A stretch of 62,960 nucleotides of DNA, the filler included, from Octopus bimaculoides (taxonomy: Eukaryota): NCBI RefSeq assembly GCF_001194135.2. It is 5 parts of 4 records of this genome, joined end to end, with 100 filler letters (N's around TTAATTAATTAA, not from the genome) between each part and the next. Parts side by side here need not be neighbours in the genome. Positions count along the whole stretch, not along the records: positions 15,822 to 32,792 come from NC_068982.1; positions 32,893 to 48,767 come from NC_068996.1; 3 more parts are not named here. The stretch is one strand, 5' to 3'. Both the position numbers and the translations under genes were made by a program. The notes below the pieces were generated by a model, which saw only the letters and a program-made list of their open reading frames with translations, did no database searches and was not told the DNA's origin. Below, piece by piece: positions 22,814 to 35,399 of this stretch. The stretch's first letter is position 1; the number at the start of each line of letters is the position of its first letter.

Positions 22814-25130
22814 CAGTGTGCCGCGATATTTTGAACGACACACTGAGAAAATGCGAAAAACCACATGATCCCAATTGAGTATTCACAGCCTGTGGTGTAA
22901 CATGTTGCACTACATAGCTTTATTCATTTATGGATGAGCGAAATGTATCCAAATGTCGCAATGCTAAAAATTCTATATCTTTTATTGTTTCGTTCGTCAT
23001 TAGTATTGATCATATGAATGGATAGTGGTCAATATTTTCATAAGGTGGAGCCCCCCTCCCCCCGAATGACATTGTCATCTCAATATAGACAATCCTACCC
23101 AAAACTGTCATATTGATATTTCATGACCCTTCACAATGGATAAATATTTGAAAAGGAAAGATATTAGTGACGAGTCTAAATCCAGAGCCGAACAACCACC
23201 AACCTCTATTGTCAAAAACAGAAACATTAATCGACAATATTGTAAAAATATTTGAAATTTGGATTTTATTGGTCTGGTGACGTTGACAAACCAAATCCAT
23301 CTTGCGTAGTTTGCGGTGAAATAATATCAAATGAATCCATGGCACCAAGTAAATTAGAAAGATATTTCAATTCAAAACATTCATCTCTGAAAGATAAAAA
23401 GCTTTATTACTTTCAAAGACTGTTAGAGCAGAAATCAAAACAGCGAAGTTATTTTGAAAAAACAATGTCCATGTCTGAACGAGCCCAACTAGCGTCAATT
23501 CAGGTGGCTGAAATAATAGCATTAACATCTAAATCTCACACGCTTGCTGAGTCAGCCATCCTCCCAGTTTGAAAAAAGATGGTAAAATCTGTTTGGTGAA
23601 AATGCTGAAAAGGAATTGAACAATATCCCGCTTTCGAATGATATAATACATTGAAGAATCCTAGATATATCGAAAAATATTGAAGACACTGTTCAGAAAA
23701 AGCTTAAGAATATTAATTTTGCTTTAACTGTGGATGAGTCCACTGACATCAGTAATAAAAATCAATTGCTTGTATTTGTACGTTTTATCGACGAGAATGA
23801 AATAATCAACTTTTGTGCTGTAAAGAAATCTCCACAACTACAAGAGGCCAAGATATTTTTGCTTTGAAAGCAGGCTACTCAAAGAAATGAATTTGTCTTG
23901 GAGGTCCTGTGTTAGCATTTGCACCGATGGAGCCCCAAGCATGACAGGCTGTGTTAAAGGATTTGTATCCTTCATAGAAAAAGAAAATCCAAATCTCATT
24001 CGTACTCATTGCTTTTTATATAGAGAAGTTCTTGTTTCAAAAATATCGCAGGAAGATTTAAAGGTTGTGTTACATCAAGTTGTTGGAATGGTCAATTATA
24101 TAAAAAGTAGGCCACTAAAGTCACAATTATTTGAACAACTGTGCAAAAAGATGGACTCTCAGCATGTTAAGTTATTAATGCACACTGAGGTTCGCTGGCT
24201 GTCGAAAGGCACAGTACTATCATTTTTTACTCCAGGAAAGCAAGGAAAATTCTGAGAATACTTTAGTTGCGAATTTTGGATGTCTAAAAGGGAATACCTA
24301 ACAGAAATATTTAGTGAACTAAATAAAACAAACAGTAGTATGCAAGTTAAAAACGAAAATATTCTCACTTCAACAGGCAAGTTAATTGTCCTCAAAAAGA
24401 AAATTGTGATTTGGAAAAAAGAGCAATCACTGACAATCTTGATATGATCCCTTTATTGCGTTCTTCCTGCATTAGAGAAATGATCCCTATTGTGGTTCCT
24501 CATGTGACAGCCCTGGCGAAAGCATCAACAATTACTTTCCGTCATTAAAGACAGAAAAGTATGATTTTATTAAAGATTCTTTCATAAATCATTCTCCCAA
24601 CATTGAACTTGAGTTACAGGAAGAAGAATTGCCCACCCTTTCTAGTGACCGAGGGTTAAAATTAAAACCTTCAACTCTGCCCATTGATTCATTTTGGATT
24701 TCAATTTAAGAGGAGTATCCTATATTATGTAAAAAAGCTTTAGCAATGTTATTACAATTTTCAAATTCTTATATATGTGAATTAGGCTTCTCAACATTAA
24801 ACAACATCAAAAACAAGAAGCGTGAGAGATTTCGTACAACGGAAGAAGAAATGAGGATGCGTCTGTCACATATTTGACCAAGCATTGACGAAATTATGAA
24901 TAAAAGCCAGGCGCGAATTTCTCACTAAAGAAGCCAGCTATTCGACTGATGAAATTCGAAACACTGCAGTAAAGTAAGTTCAAAGCTGTGTTTTTCTTTG
25001 TTTAGTGTCAGTCATTCTGTGTTTTAGCTTTCAAAATTCAAATATTTTTCATATATATTTAGCCAGGTGTGCCGCTATTTTTTCATGTGTTTCAAGGTGT
25101 GCCGTTGACAAAAAAGGTTGAGAACCATTG
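22814..25130 (+). mobile_element. Buster-family hAT DNA transposon with pseudogenised transposase
   Basis: CVVCGEIISNESMAPSKL, VDESTDIS, ICTDGAPSMTG, HCFLYRE, HTEVRWLSKG and C-terminal dimerisation remnant; right TIR ggttgagaaccattg; TSD ccgtagag / tcgtagag. Confidence 0.93.
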
Positions 25131-25542
25131 TCGTAGAGGCTGGTTTCCTACATCTACATATTTCCGGCCACTTAGTATAACTATCTTCTACAATCAGGTA
25201 ATACACGCCATTTACTGGTCCAGCAAAAACAGGACATTGTCAAATCGTCAGAAGAGTGTAACCTTTATATGTAACATTATTGGATTGCAGAGACGTTGGT
25301 AGAATCAACCATGAAGGAGATTGTGAGCGACTGTATCACATGCTAACTCCACGATCGATAATTCCGTCAGATTTTGTACAGTACGATAATGTTATGTATA
25401 AAAAGTAACACGTCACTGGCGAGTTGACAGCAAGTCTTGATAATTTAATTTACATTATGCAACTAATAATCACTATTTAAATGAAATGTACGTAAGATGA
25501 TGTGACTAAATACCCTATAAACAATCTCTCGTATTGTTTAAT

Positions 25543-25580
<38 letters not shown>

Positions 25581-25890
25581 NNNNNNNNNNNNNNNNNNNN
25601 NNNNNNNNNNNNNNNNNNNNNNNNNNNNNNNNNNNNNNNNNNNNNNNNNNNNNNNNNNNNNNNNNNNNNNNNNNNNNNNNNNNNNNNNNNNNNNNNNNNN
25701 NNNNNNNNNNNNNNNNNNNNNNNNNNNNNNNNNNNNNNNNNNNNNNNNNNNNNNNNNNNNNNNNNNNNNNNNNNNNNNNNNNNNNNNNNNNNNNNNNNNN
25801 NNNNNNNNNNNNNNNNNNNNNNNNNNNNNNNNNNNNNNNNNNNNNNNNNNNNNNNNNNNNNNNNNNNNNNNNNNNNNNNNNNNNNNNNNN

Positions 25891-25940
<50 letters not shown>

Positions 25941-26535
25941 GGAGAGAGAGAAATTATATAAGTAATAGTATAAATGTTAATATTTGAAAGTTGAAGTTTT
26001 AAAAATGCTTAAGTGTCAAAAATAAGATATTGTTTATAACGTTATAATTTCTCACAATGTTAACTTCGTATTTATAGATAAAAACTTATGTATTTTACAA
26101 CTATACGTCATGTTTCGTTAAGCTTGAGCTGCTATTGTCATCGTGTATGTACATTGTACTAGAGTGGATTAATTCTAGGAACTTTTATTTCTTGGTTAAG
26201 AGTTATGTAATTCTCTTATCCTCAGTCTCGAAATATAGGGTTTAATATGAATCCTCAAAATTATAATCTCATTTATTTCAAATTTTTGCACAAAAGCCAG
26301 CAATTCCGGGGGAGGATGCGAGGGAAACTGATCATGGTTCTTTCCATACAAACTTTTCATAGAAATACAAACACTCGTTCATGAATGTCAGGCCAGATTC
26401 AATAATTTCACATTCGCATGACACTACAATCAAAATTGCTACAAAATGTAAGAGAAAATATATTTCAGCTTCCATGATAAAAATAGCTGCTCATAAAATA
26501 AAATATCATATAGTAGTTGTGTAAGTAGCAGCAAT

Positions 26536-26573
<38 letters not shown>

Positions 26574-27007
26574 ACGGTGGTGGTGATGGTGGCAGTAGTA
26601 GCGCTAGAGAATTTTGAATCTAATGGAAATATTAGCACATAAAAACCGTCAAGTAAATGTTATATTTTTGCAAACCTTTATGTTCCCTTGTCCCTTCTGA
26701 AACCAAAGATAATTTCCCCCCACAACAAATTATGATCAAAGCGCAGCAAAAAGTCAAATTGTCAAAAATGATGAAAGGCCAATGTTTCTCGACAAATAAC
26801 TATCTAGTAAGTCAAACCTTTTCTGGACTTTAGTAGTATATACTATTTTTAACATGGGAGGCTTCCATTTCCCGAATAATAACAGATATATACAGGATAT
26901 TGTTTAATTCATAAATGATTTAGTTTTGAAAGTCAAATAATATTATTGTGACAGAAGGCAATAAGCATGTTATCAATGCATGTATATAAATTTATAATAA
27001 TAATAAT

Positions 27008-27041
<34 letters not shown>

Positions 27042-27567
27042 GTTGAGTATGAAACTCAGGAACTAATATATCATTAACATTTTTTTATGTGCTAGCTTCT
27101 GACGGATGGTTTTATAGAGAATGTGTAAAAAGAGAAAATATCTAATTTCAATAATTTTCCATGGAGAAAGTATATTTTTGAATAGCTATGAGAGTATGTG
27201 AAAGTTATGAGAACAAGATGAAAATAAGAAGGGTTACGTGAATTTACCGGTCTAGAGTAACTCCGTTGCATATTTCATAGCTATCGTACCATTTTTATAC
27301 ATAAAATATAAAGTCCATTTCACTTTGCTCTACATACTTAGCTAAAGATATTTTGTGGGTTTATTGTGACACAAAATACTTTGTTACAACAATCATAACT
27401 CAAGCCACGTGAAATATGAGTCAGCTTTCACCTTTTTCCATCCAAGTGATTTTTAAACCTTATGGTTACTCGCTATCATTTATAGCTTTATCTACTTTGA
27501 GTTCCACCGTTGAAAACGATATATAAGAATAATGGTACATTTTCAAACAAAGTTTTCTTTTTTTTAG

Positions 27568-27595
27568 TCGGAATTCGGTTGAATACTTACCTTAG
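27568..27595 (+). CDS. Candidate terminal coding micro-exon (RNSVEYLP* or SEFG*)
   Basis: ttttcttttttttag acceptor; in-frame stop whichever phase the 19319 exon is read in (phase 2 or 0); GTAAAC follows. Confidence 0.25.
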
Positions 27596-27999
27596 GTAAA
27601 CAGAGATATATTCCTCCGATATACGCAGCGACATTATTTGCAACAACCTTTGTAGACTCCAAATATTCTGGCATTTTCAGGGAAGCAATTAGTCAGTCTG
27701 CAGCTGAGGTCTGAGTAATTGGTTTCTGCTGCGATTCAAACATACAACGGAGGAATCTACATTTATTCTGACCATTCGAATCACCACCTCTCACCCAGAA
27801 CGTGTAAACATCTTTCCTCATAATGGCTAACCAAAATCTGTAAAGCTGATTTTCAAATAAACAGTGTAGCATTTAGCTCGATGTAAAGGTTATTTACTGA
27901 AGCCAGTATAAATATTTCATAGCCAATTAATTTCTGTGAAAACCACGAAGACAGGAAAAACTATATTTTTGTTTAGTGCATGACCAGCTATAATTTCAG

Positions 28000-30780
28000 C
28001 TGCTGTCTCAGGACTTCTGTTGAGCGTGGTTCTGCCAGTTCTAATAAGCTGAATTATCCATCATTCTAAACCAAACACACCAAATGCAAAATCTGAAAAA
28101 CATTCCTCTCGTTACATCTTTTACTTGATCCTTCAAAAGTTAAATATATCTTCTCTGCTGCTCACATGTACATTTAAAAAACATTCCAGACGCTGTTCCC
28201 TCGAAATTACTCCTATATGCACCAAACAATATAAACTCCAGCACCCAAGATATTTTCTTTGAAATATAACTGTTGAGTCTCGGCGCCGCATACTAATAAT
28301 AGTTAATCTACATTATTCACTTGATTTTCGAACAATGATAATCATTTCAAGCCCATCCAAAATAAGAAAAAATGTAATTCACCATTATAGCTCAGCTGCC
28401 CACTCGCTTTCAATCAATCAGACATCGAAATTAAACATACTCTGGATGATAACTTGTCCGTTATAACAAAATATGCGTTGGAAAGACAGAGTTTTCTTAA
28501 GGATACTGTTATTCCAACCAGTCGCTAACGTCCCCATTTTAGTTTTTTCACTAAATATTGTGTATATTCACTAAAGACAGACAAACTATTAAATCTTGTA
28601 TCCAATGTTTTTGCGGTGTTTGGAGATTTTTCATTTTGTGTTTGTGTGTGGGGCGGGGCGCAAATGCTATTAGCTTATTCTCGTGCCATGGAAATACTGT
28701 GTTTATAATCGTCCTAGGTCTTTCAAAATGGTAAGATTGGTGCAGTTTATTTATGTTCAGTTTGAACATCTGTGAGCCGGCGTCGATAAAAAGAAAATCG
28801 CGGGTGAGAAGAGACCCATTTAGTTGGCTCCCTGAACAGAGACAATTAGGTGAGGTGGGTAGTTCAGGCTTGAGGGGCAGTAAGACAATTCTGTAGAGTC
28901 TGTTAAGACCTTCTTGGCTAGGGACCAGCAACAGATTGGGAGGTAGGAGAGCTAATAAATTGTGCGATTCACCAAGTCGCTCTTCAGATAATTGGTATTG
29001 GAGAAGTGACAGTAATGGGTAAAAACCACCCAGTAAAGAGAGGTAGGGTGTATTTCCAGTTGTTGTAGATCGTGTTCTTTGCCGTTACCGTTGCGATGCT
29101 GATGCGTGTGAGCCACTTGGGTAAATTTGGAGTCTGGCTTTTGTTAACGAGAGACAGGCTTAAGAGCATGAATTTGGTCTCCTACTAAGTTGCCTTGGGT
29201 GGGTCAACGATGAAGCACATTTGCTTCTATCCCTGAGGTTTTCAAATGTGAAAGTGGTGAAACTCTGCCAGTAAATGGTGTGGTGGGTTTGTGATGAGTA
29301 CATTTGTGGTTTCGATTCTTGGACCTGGCACCGAGTTATGTTCTTGAGCAAAACGCTTCATTTCACGTTGCTCCAGTTCACTCAGCTGGTAAAAATGAGT
29401 AATCCTGCGATAGACGGGCGTCCCGTCCAGGTGGGGAGTTTATACGCCTTGAAACCGAGAAACAGGTCCTCATGAGTCGGTATGACTCGAGAAGGTAACT
29501 TTACTTTTTTTTTACATTTGACTAAGCAGTTGTCGGGCAACCAGAAAGGTGTAGTGATAGTTTGGTAAAGGCTGAGTTAGGAGTTGAGAAAAAGATCAAG
29601 AGCGTTCGTAACGTCAGTGTGTCGGTGTAAGTTATGATATTATAGCAGCTTCTGAGAGCAAACTGCTTCACCTTCGGTGCCAGCAGTATTAGTGAAGAAG
29701 GAGTATGAGAACCAAGAGAAGTTGTGGCTATTGAGGTTGCTGAGGACGATGAATTTATCAATGCAAGGTGGAAGATGGCTGAATCCCTATCGGTGGTCGG
29801 AGGAGCTGGGTAGCAGTAGGGCCACAAGATGAATTTAGAGATCTTGGAAAAGCACATTTTATGTAACTGGAAGTCTTTGTCGCTAATAATCTGTAAAGCT
29901 GATTTTCAAATAAACAGTGTAGCGAGTAAAACTATGAAAGTGAAGAAAGCATTCTACATTCTTCTAGGTACTATCTTTCTGGATAAAAATGGAATATAGA
30001 GTGTAACCTGGACAATAAAAAATGAACTAGATGTGAAGTGTGAGAGGAGAACAGTATGAATGGCTCGTGTGTTTATAAAGACAATTAGTGGTGTCCACAG
30101 CTGTTGCTCTATAAGTAAGGGAATTGGCCAGCGAATAGAGCTTGATACTGATTAGTTTTCATTCTCATTTGCTTTTGACTAGAGTAGTGGCATTTTCCCA
30201 CTTTCTACCACTTTGTTATGGTAATTTGAGAAAATACCACAGCTAGAATTATTACAATCTACTATATCAATGTCTGTAAATTTTCCAGCTGGATATCATA
30301 GACTGCGGCAGAGCCTTTCCAGATTTTATACTTGCTGGGTCAGTCACGAACTAGAGGAGAAATTAATACAAGATTACACGCCAACTGATAAGGCAGCTTC
30401 CTGAGGAACAACCAACGATCTCTGTTGTGACTGCTTGGACATGAAGGTAGTGAAAATTAAGCAAATGGAAGAAACACACATAAATGAGAGTGAATAAGAG
30501 GTGTGATGAAAGAGACAGGCTATGAGGTAGGAACCAGTGGGTCGAGGAAACTCAACAATAGGGCAGTAGATTAACGGCGAACATGGACGTCGGTAAACTA
30601 ACGGGTGGCTGATTGAGTGAGCGTGATGGGTGAGAGCGTAGTGGCAGGAGAGGTAGTGACACGTGCCTCGACTGCTGTAACAATATGGAAAAGCTCTAAC
30701 TCAGTAGTCGATCAGTTTGATATTCCTACCTACAGCTGGACTGAATGAAGCTGAATCTTAGAAAATAGCCTTAAATGAAA
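28000..30780 (-). mobile_element. Degraded CR1/L2-like LINE remnant
   Basis: Weak ORF2-like peptide remnants on minus strand; interrupted by a SINE at ~29270-29510. Confidence 0.35.
29270..29510 (+). mobile_element. tRNA-derived SINE (family D)
   Basis: ttgagcaaaacgcttcatttcacgttgctccagttcactcagc shared with the 34463 copy; ctgcgatagacgggcgtcccgtccagg domain. Confidence 0.7.
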
Positions 30781-31266
30781 ATGTTGGCAGTAAATTAAAA
30801 TTGTGCGTATATATGTGTTTGTGTTCGTGTGTGTGTGTGTAAGAGAGAAAGAAAGTGTGTATAAGCGAGTGTGCATGAGTGTGTGTATGCATTATGATGT
30901 TATTGTTCTTCAGAACAATACAGGGCAAAAACTAAATAAAAGAACTCAACGATAGTTTATTGTAGAATGAATTCATTTTACTGATACCTCGGTTGACTAA
31001 CAAATAGATTGTTTTGCTCTATTACATGTCATTAAAACAATATTTTGAGAAGCTCTAACAGTGTGAAGCCAACCATGCATTTGAAAAGAGCTGGATGCAA
31101 AGAGCTGGAGCAAATATCACAGCTGACACTGGAATGTGTATGTGTGTGTGTGTGAGAATGTGTGTATGTATATGGGAATGTGTATNNNNNNNNNNGTAAG
31201 AGAGAAAGAAAGTGTGTATAAGCGAGTGTGCATGAGTGTGTGTATAGATAAGTACACACATACGCG

Positions 31267-31317
<51 letters not shown>

Positions 31318-31426
31318 GTGTATATATAAAAATATTTATGTATATACACGCATATACAGATATGTGTGTTTATATCTCTATCTACCTATACATACATACA
31401 TACATANNNNNNNNNNTACCAACCAC

Positions 31427-31760
31427 ATGATTCTGGGTTCAGTCCCACTGCGTGGTACCTTGGGCCGACCAAAGCCTTGTGAGTGAATTTGGTAGACGGA
31501 AACTGTAAGAAACCCGTCGTATATATATGTATATGTGTGTATATGTTTGTGTGTCTGTGTTTGTCTCCCCAACATCGCTTGACAACCGATGCTGGTGTGT
31601 TTACGTCCCCGTAACTTCGGTTCGGCAAAAGAACCCGATAGAATAAGTACTAGGCTTCCAAAGAATAAGTCCTGGGGTCGATTTGCTCGACTAAAGGCGG
31701 TGCTCCAGCATGGCCGCAGTCAAATGACTGAAACAAGTAAAAGAGTGAAAAGAGTAAAGA
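31427..31760 (+). mobile_element. SINE family A, near full length
   Basis: Head, linker and tail ending aaacaagtaaaagagt. Confidence 0.88.
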
Positions 31761-32384
31761 GTAAACGCTCGACCTGCTAAATGTAGGAAGCTTACTTAAA
31801 AAAGCTTACTTTAAAAAAAGAGACGGACATATTACAGAATGTGATCCTAGATACTATATCTCAGTAAAAGTAACGAGGGTAAAGTCTGTTAAATCGGGTA
31901 GCTTTGTTGGGAGCAAAGTGTTTAATTAGCCTCAACTCACAAAACTGTTATCAATTAACCACTCGCTGATTCGTGTGCCACAGCATTCTGGATTTCATTT
32001 CTGCCGGATTTCTGTTTTAAGGCGTAGCTTCCGTCTCTTTCTTTCTTTGTTTCTTGGGGGGGGGGGGTCCTTTATATTGCTGATATCTTCTTTTACCTTT
32101 TATTTGTTTCAGTATTTGAACTGCCACCGTTCTAAGGCACCGCCTGGAATCATTTTGATCGAACTAATCGACCCCAGTACCTTTTTTCTTTTTTTTTTCA
32201 AGTTTGGTATTTGTATCGGTCTCTTTGCCCGAAATATAAGTTACACGACGTAAACAAACCAACAGCGGTTCTTAAGCAGTGGATGGGACAAACACAGACA
32301 CGAAGACATACACACATACACACACATGCTCACACGCGCGCACGCACGCACGCACACTCACACATACACATACACACACACATG

Positions 32385-32637
32385 CTTGTATCCGATGGAA
32401 TCTTCCGTCGAAGATGATGTACAAGCATTCAGCTATTGCTGCACAAATAATTTGTTTATAGTGATCAAACGTATGTGTCATACATAAGCTCATTCCCTCC
32501 ATAAAATTGTCATTTCCTGAACAGGTGCACAAGTATACCACACGTTAGATGTTGAAATGATCGCAGAGGAAAGTGAAATAAAATGTTTTGCTCAAAAAAA
32601 AAAAAAAACAACGCGTCGTCCGGTACGGGAATCGATA
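32385..32637 (-). mobile_element. SINE remnant related to family D
   Basis: Minus strand tcgattcccgtaccgg then ttgagcaaaacattttatttcac. Confidence 0.55.
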
Positions 32638-32954
32638 TACATAAATACATACATGCATACTTACGTACGTATGTATGTATACTTATACATGTATGTACAC
32701 ACACACACATACACACGTGTGTGTGTGAGAGACACAGAGAGAGAGAGTGTGTGTGTGAGAGTGAGCATATACATATATATATATATATATATNNNNNNNN
32801 NNNNNNNNNNNNNNNNNNNNNNNNNNNNNNNNNNNNTTAATTAATTAANNNNNNNNNNNNNNNNNNNNNNNNNNNNNNNNNNNNNNNNNNNNATATATAT
32901 ATATATATATATATATATACACGCACATATTTATATATATACATACACACAAAA

Positions 32955-33095
32955 TTGATGTGTAGTAAGAAGCTTGCTGCCCAACTACATGGTTCCTGGT
33001 TCAGTTCCACTGCATGGTACCTTAGGTAAGTGTCTTCTACAATAGCCTCAGGTCACCCGAAGCCTTGTGAATAGACTTAGTAGATGGAAAAGGAA
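32955..33095 (+). mobile_element. SINE family A head
   Basis: gtagtaagaagcttgc...ggttcagttccactgc...gtgtcttctacaatagcc. Confidence 0.8.
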
Positions 33096-33245
33096 AGGGT
33101 AAGAACCACTGTTGTAAGTAGTAGCTGATATTAGGAAGGAAACTCTGCTATCAAAAACTTGGCAAAAAATAAATGGAATGTCTGAGTGAGACATGGTCCC
33201 TGAACAATGTACCAGGAATGTAACAATGGATAGCAATAGAATTAA

Positions 33246-33457
33246 TCCTTTAGCATTTAAACCAGCCATATCTGGCCCAAATATTCTATCTGGTTTGTGT
33301 TCAAACCAGCGAGATCTGGCTTGTCACACATACCCTACAATGTCATTCTAAAAACAAACAATTACATCATTGAAATCTCAAAGGTATGAGACAATACATG
33401 ATTAATTCAAAATAATGTAAACATTACGTTTAACAGAGTAATCTGAATGCTAAAGGT
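33246..33457. mobile_element. piggyBac-like MITE
   Basis: TIRs (t)cctttagcatt / aatgctaaagg(t); TTAA at 33242-33245 and 33458-33461. Confidence 0.8.
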
Positions 33458-33639
33458 TTAAGCTGCAACAACTCATCCCATATATAAAAGAAAAGACGAT
33501 GATAATAAACAGACCAACAGACATATTGTAAGACAAACAGACTGATAGGTAGAGAGATAATTTTACAATGACAATTTTTTTGTCCAGTTTGTGTTCATTT
33601 GTCAACTCCAGTTTATAACTCACAAATATGGACTTCCTC

Positions 33640-33959
33640 TTTTACTCTTTTAATTGTTTCAGTCATTTGACTGCGGCCATGCTGGAGCACCACCTTTTAG
33701 TCGAGCAAATCGACACCAGGACTTATTCTTTGTAAGCCTAGTACTTATTGTATCGGTCTCTTTTACCGAACTGCTAAGTTACGGGGATGTAAACACACCA
33801 GCATCGGTTGTCAAGCAATGTTGGGGGGACAAACACAGACACACAAACACACACACATACATATATATATACATATATACGATGGGCTTCTTTCAGTTTC
33901 CATCTACCAAATCCACTCACAAGGCTTTGGTTAGCCCGAGGCTATAGTAGAAGACACTT
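33640..33959 (-). mobile_element. SINE family A (runs into gap)
   Basis: Tail, linker and head in minus orientation. Confidence 0.88.
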
Positions 33960-34407
33960 NNNNNNNNNNNNNNNNNNNNNNNNNNNNNNNNNNNNNNNNN
34001 NNNNNNNNNNNNNNNNNNNNNNNNNNNNNNNNNNNNNNNNNNNNNNNNNNNNNNNNNNNNNNNNNNNNNNNNNNNNNNNNNNNNNNNNNNNNNNNNNNNN
34101 NNNNNNNNNNNNNNNNNNNNNNNNNNNNNNNNNNNNNNNNNNNNNNNNNNNNNNNNNNNNNNNNNNNNNNNNNNNNNNNNNNNNNNNNNNNNNNNNNNNN
34201 NNNNNNNNNNNNNNNNNNNNNNNNNNNNNNNNNNNNNNNNNNNNNNNNNNNNNNNNNNNNNNNNNNNNNNNNNNNNNNNNNNNNNNNNNNNNNNNNNNNN
34301 NNNNNNNNNNNNNNNNNNNNNNNNNNNNNNNNNNNNNNNNNNNNNNNNNNNNNNNNNNNNNNNNNNNNNNNNNNNNNNNNNNNNNNNNNNNNNNNNNNNN
34401 NNNNNNN

Positions 34408-34460
<53 letters not shown>

Positions 34461-34462
34461 AA

Positions 34463-34797
34463 GGCCCATGGCTCAGTGGTTAGAGCGTCGAGCTTACGAT
34501 CACAAGGTTGTAAGTTTGAATCTCAGCCCGGGCTGCGTGTTGTGTGCTTGAGCAAGACACTTTATTTCACGTTGCTCCAGTTCACTCAGCTTTAGAAATG
34601 AGTTGCGACGTCACTGGTGCCAAGCTGTATTGGCCCATTTGCTTTTCCCTCAGATAACACTGGTTGCATGGAGAGAGGAGGCTAGTATGCATGGGCAACT
34701 GCTGGTCTTCTATAAACAACCTTGCCCGGACTTGTGCCTCAGAGGGTAACTTTCTAGGTGCAATCCCATGGTCAGTCATGACCGAAGGGGGTCTCAG
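34463..34797 (+). mobile_element. tRNA-derived SINE family D, near full length
   Basis: A box tggctcagtgg, degenerate B box, CORE-like ttgagcaagacactt. Confidence 0.8.
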
Positions 34798-34943
34798 CAT
34801 ATATATATAGCTTACTTTTCTGTTAAAGTAAGAGCCTGAAGACTGCTTGGAGACACTGGGTGTGTTATTAAAACCTGCCTAGAAAACATCTCAACAGCAT
34901 GAAACAATGAGTAGCTCATAACTAAATACTTCATACATTAAAC

Positions 34944-34977
<34 letters not shown>

Positions 34978-35094
34978 CGTATGTATGTATATATATATAT
35001 ATTGTATATATATANNNNNNNNNNAGAAAGGAACACAGAAATAAGCAGGGAGAGAAAATAGAAAACGGTTTAGTGGCTAACGATCTATCATGTC

Positions 35095-35141
<47 letters not shown>

Positions 35142-35399
35142 TGTGTGTGCGTGTGCGTGCATGCATGTGTGTGTGTGTTCTGCTTTGTTTTAATCAGAAA
35201 TGGCTCTAATGAAAGCAGCATTAATTTTTTAGACTGTTCAACTTTTCTCAGCTAATCATTAGCGCAATTAAAAAAAACTATCAGTAATGAACCTATAATG
35301 ACTACTGAAAATAGTTGTAAGCCAAATTTACACCAATAAAGGATAAATATTTAATGACCATTATTTCTACCTTGTCTTATATGTATATCATGTTGAACT

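Noticed and set aside
24946-24975. Hammerhead ribozyme CTGATGA-aattc-GAAAC..GTA in the hAT 3' region
   Set aside because: No stem II and no stem I pairing; likely chance.
30820-31245. Duplicated ~55-bp segment at 30838 and 31196
   Set aside because: The second copy sits beside 10-N gaps in microsatellite context; probably an assembly artefact.
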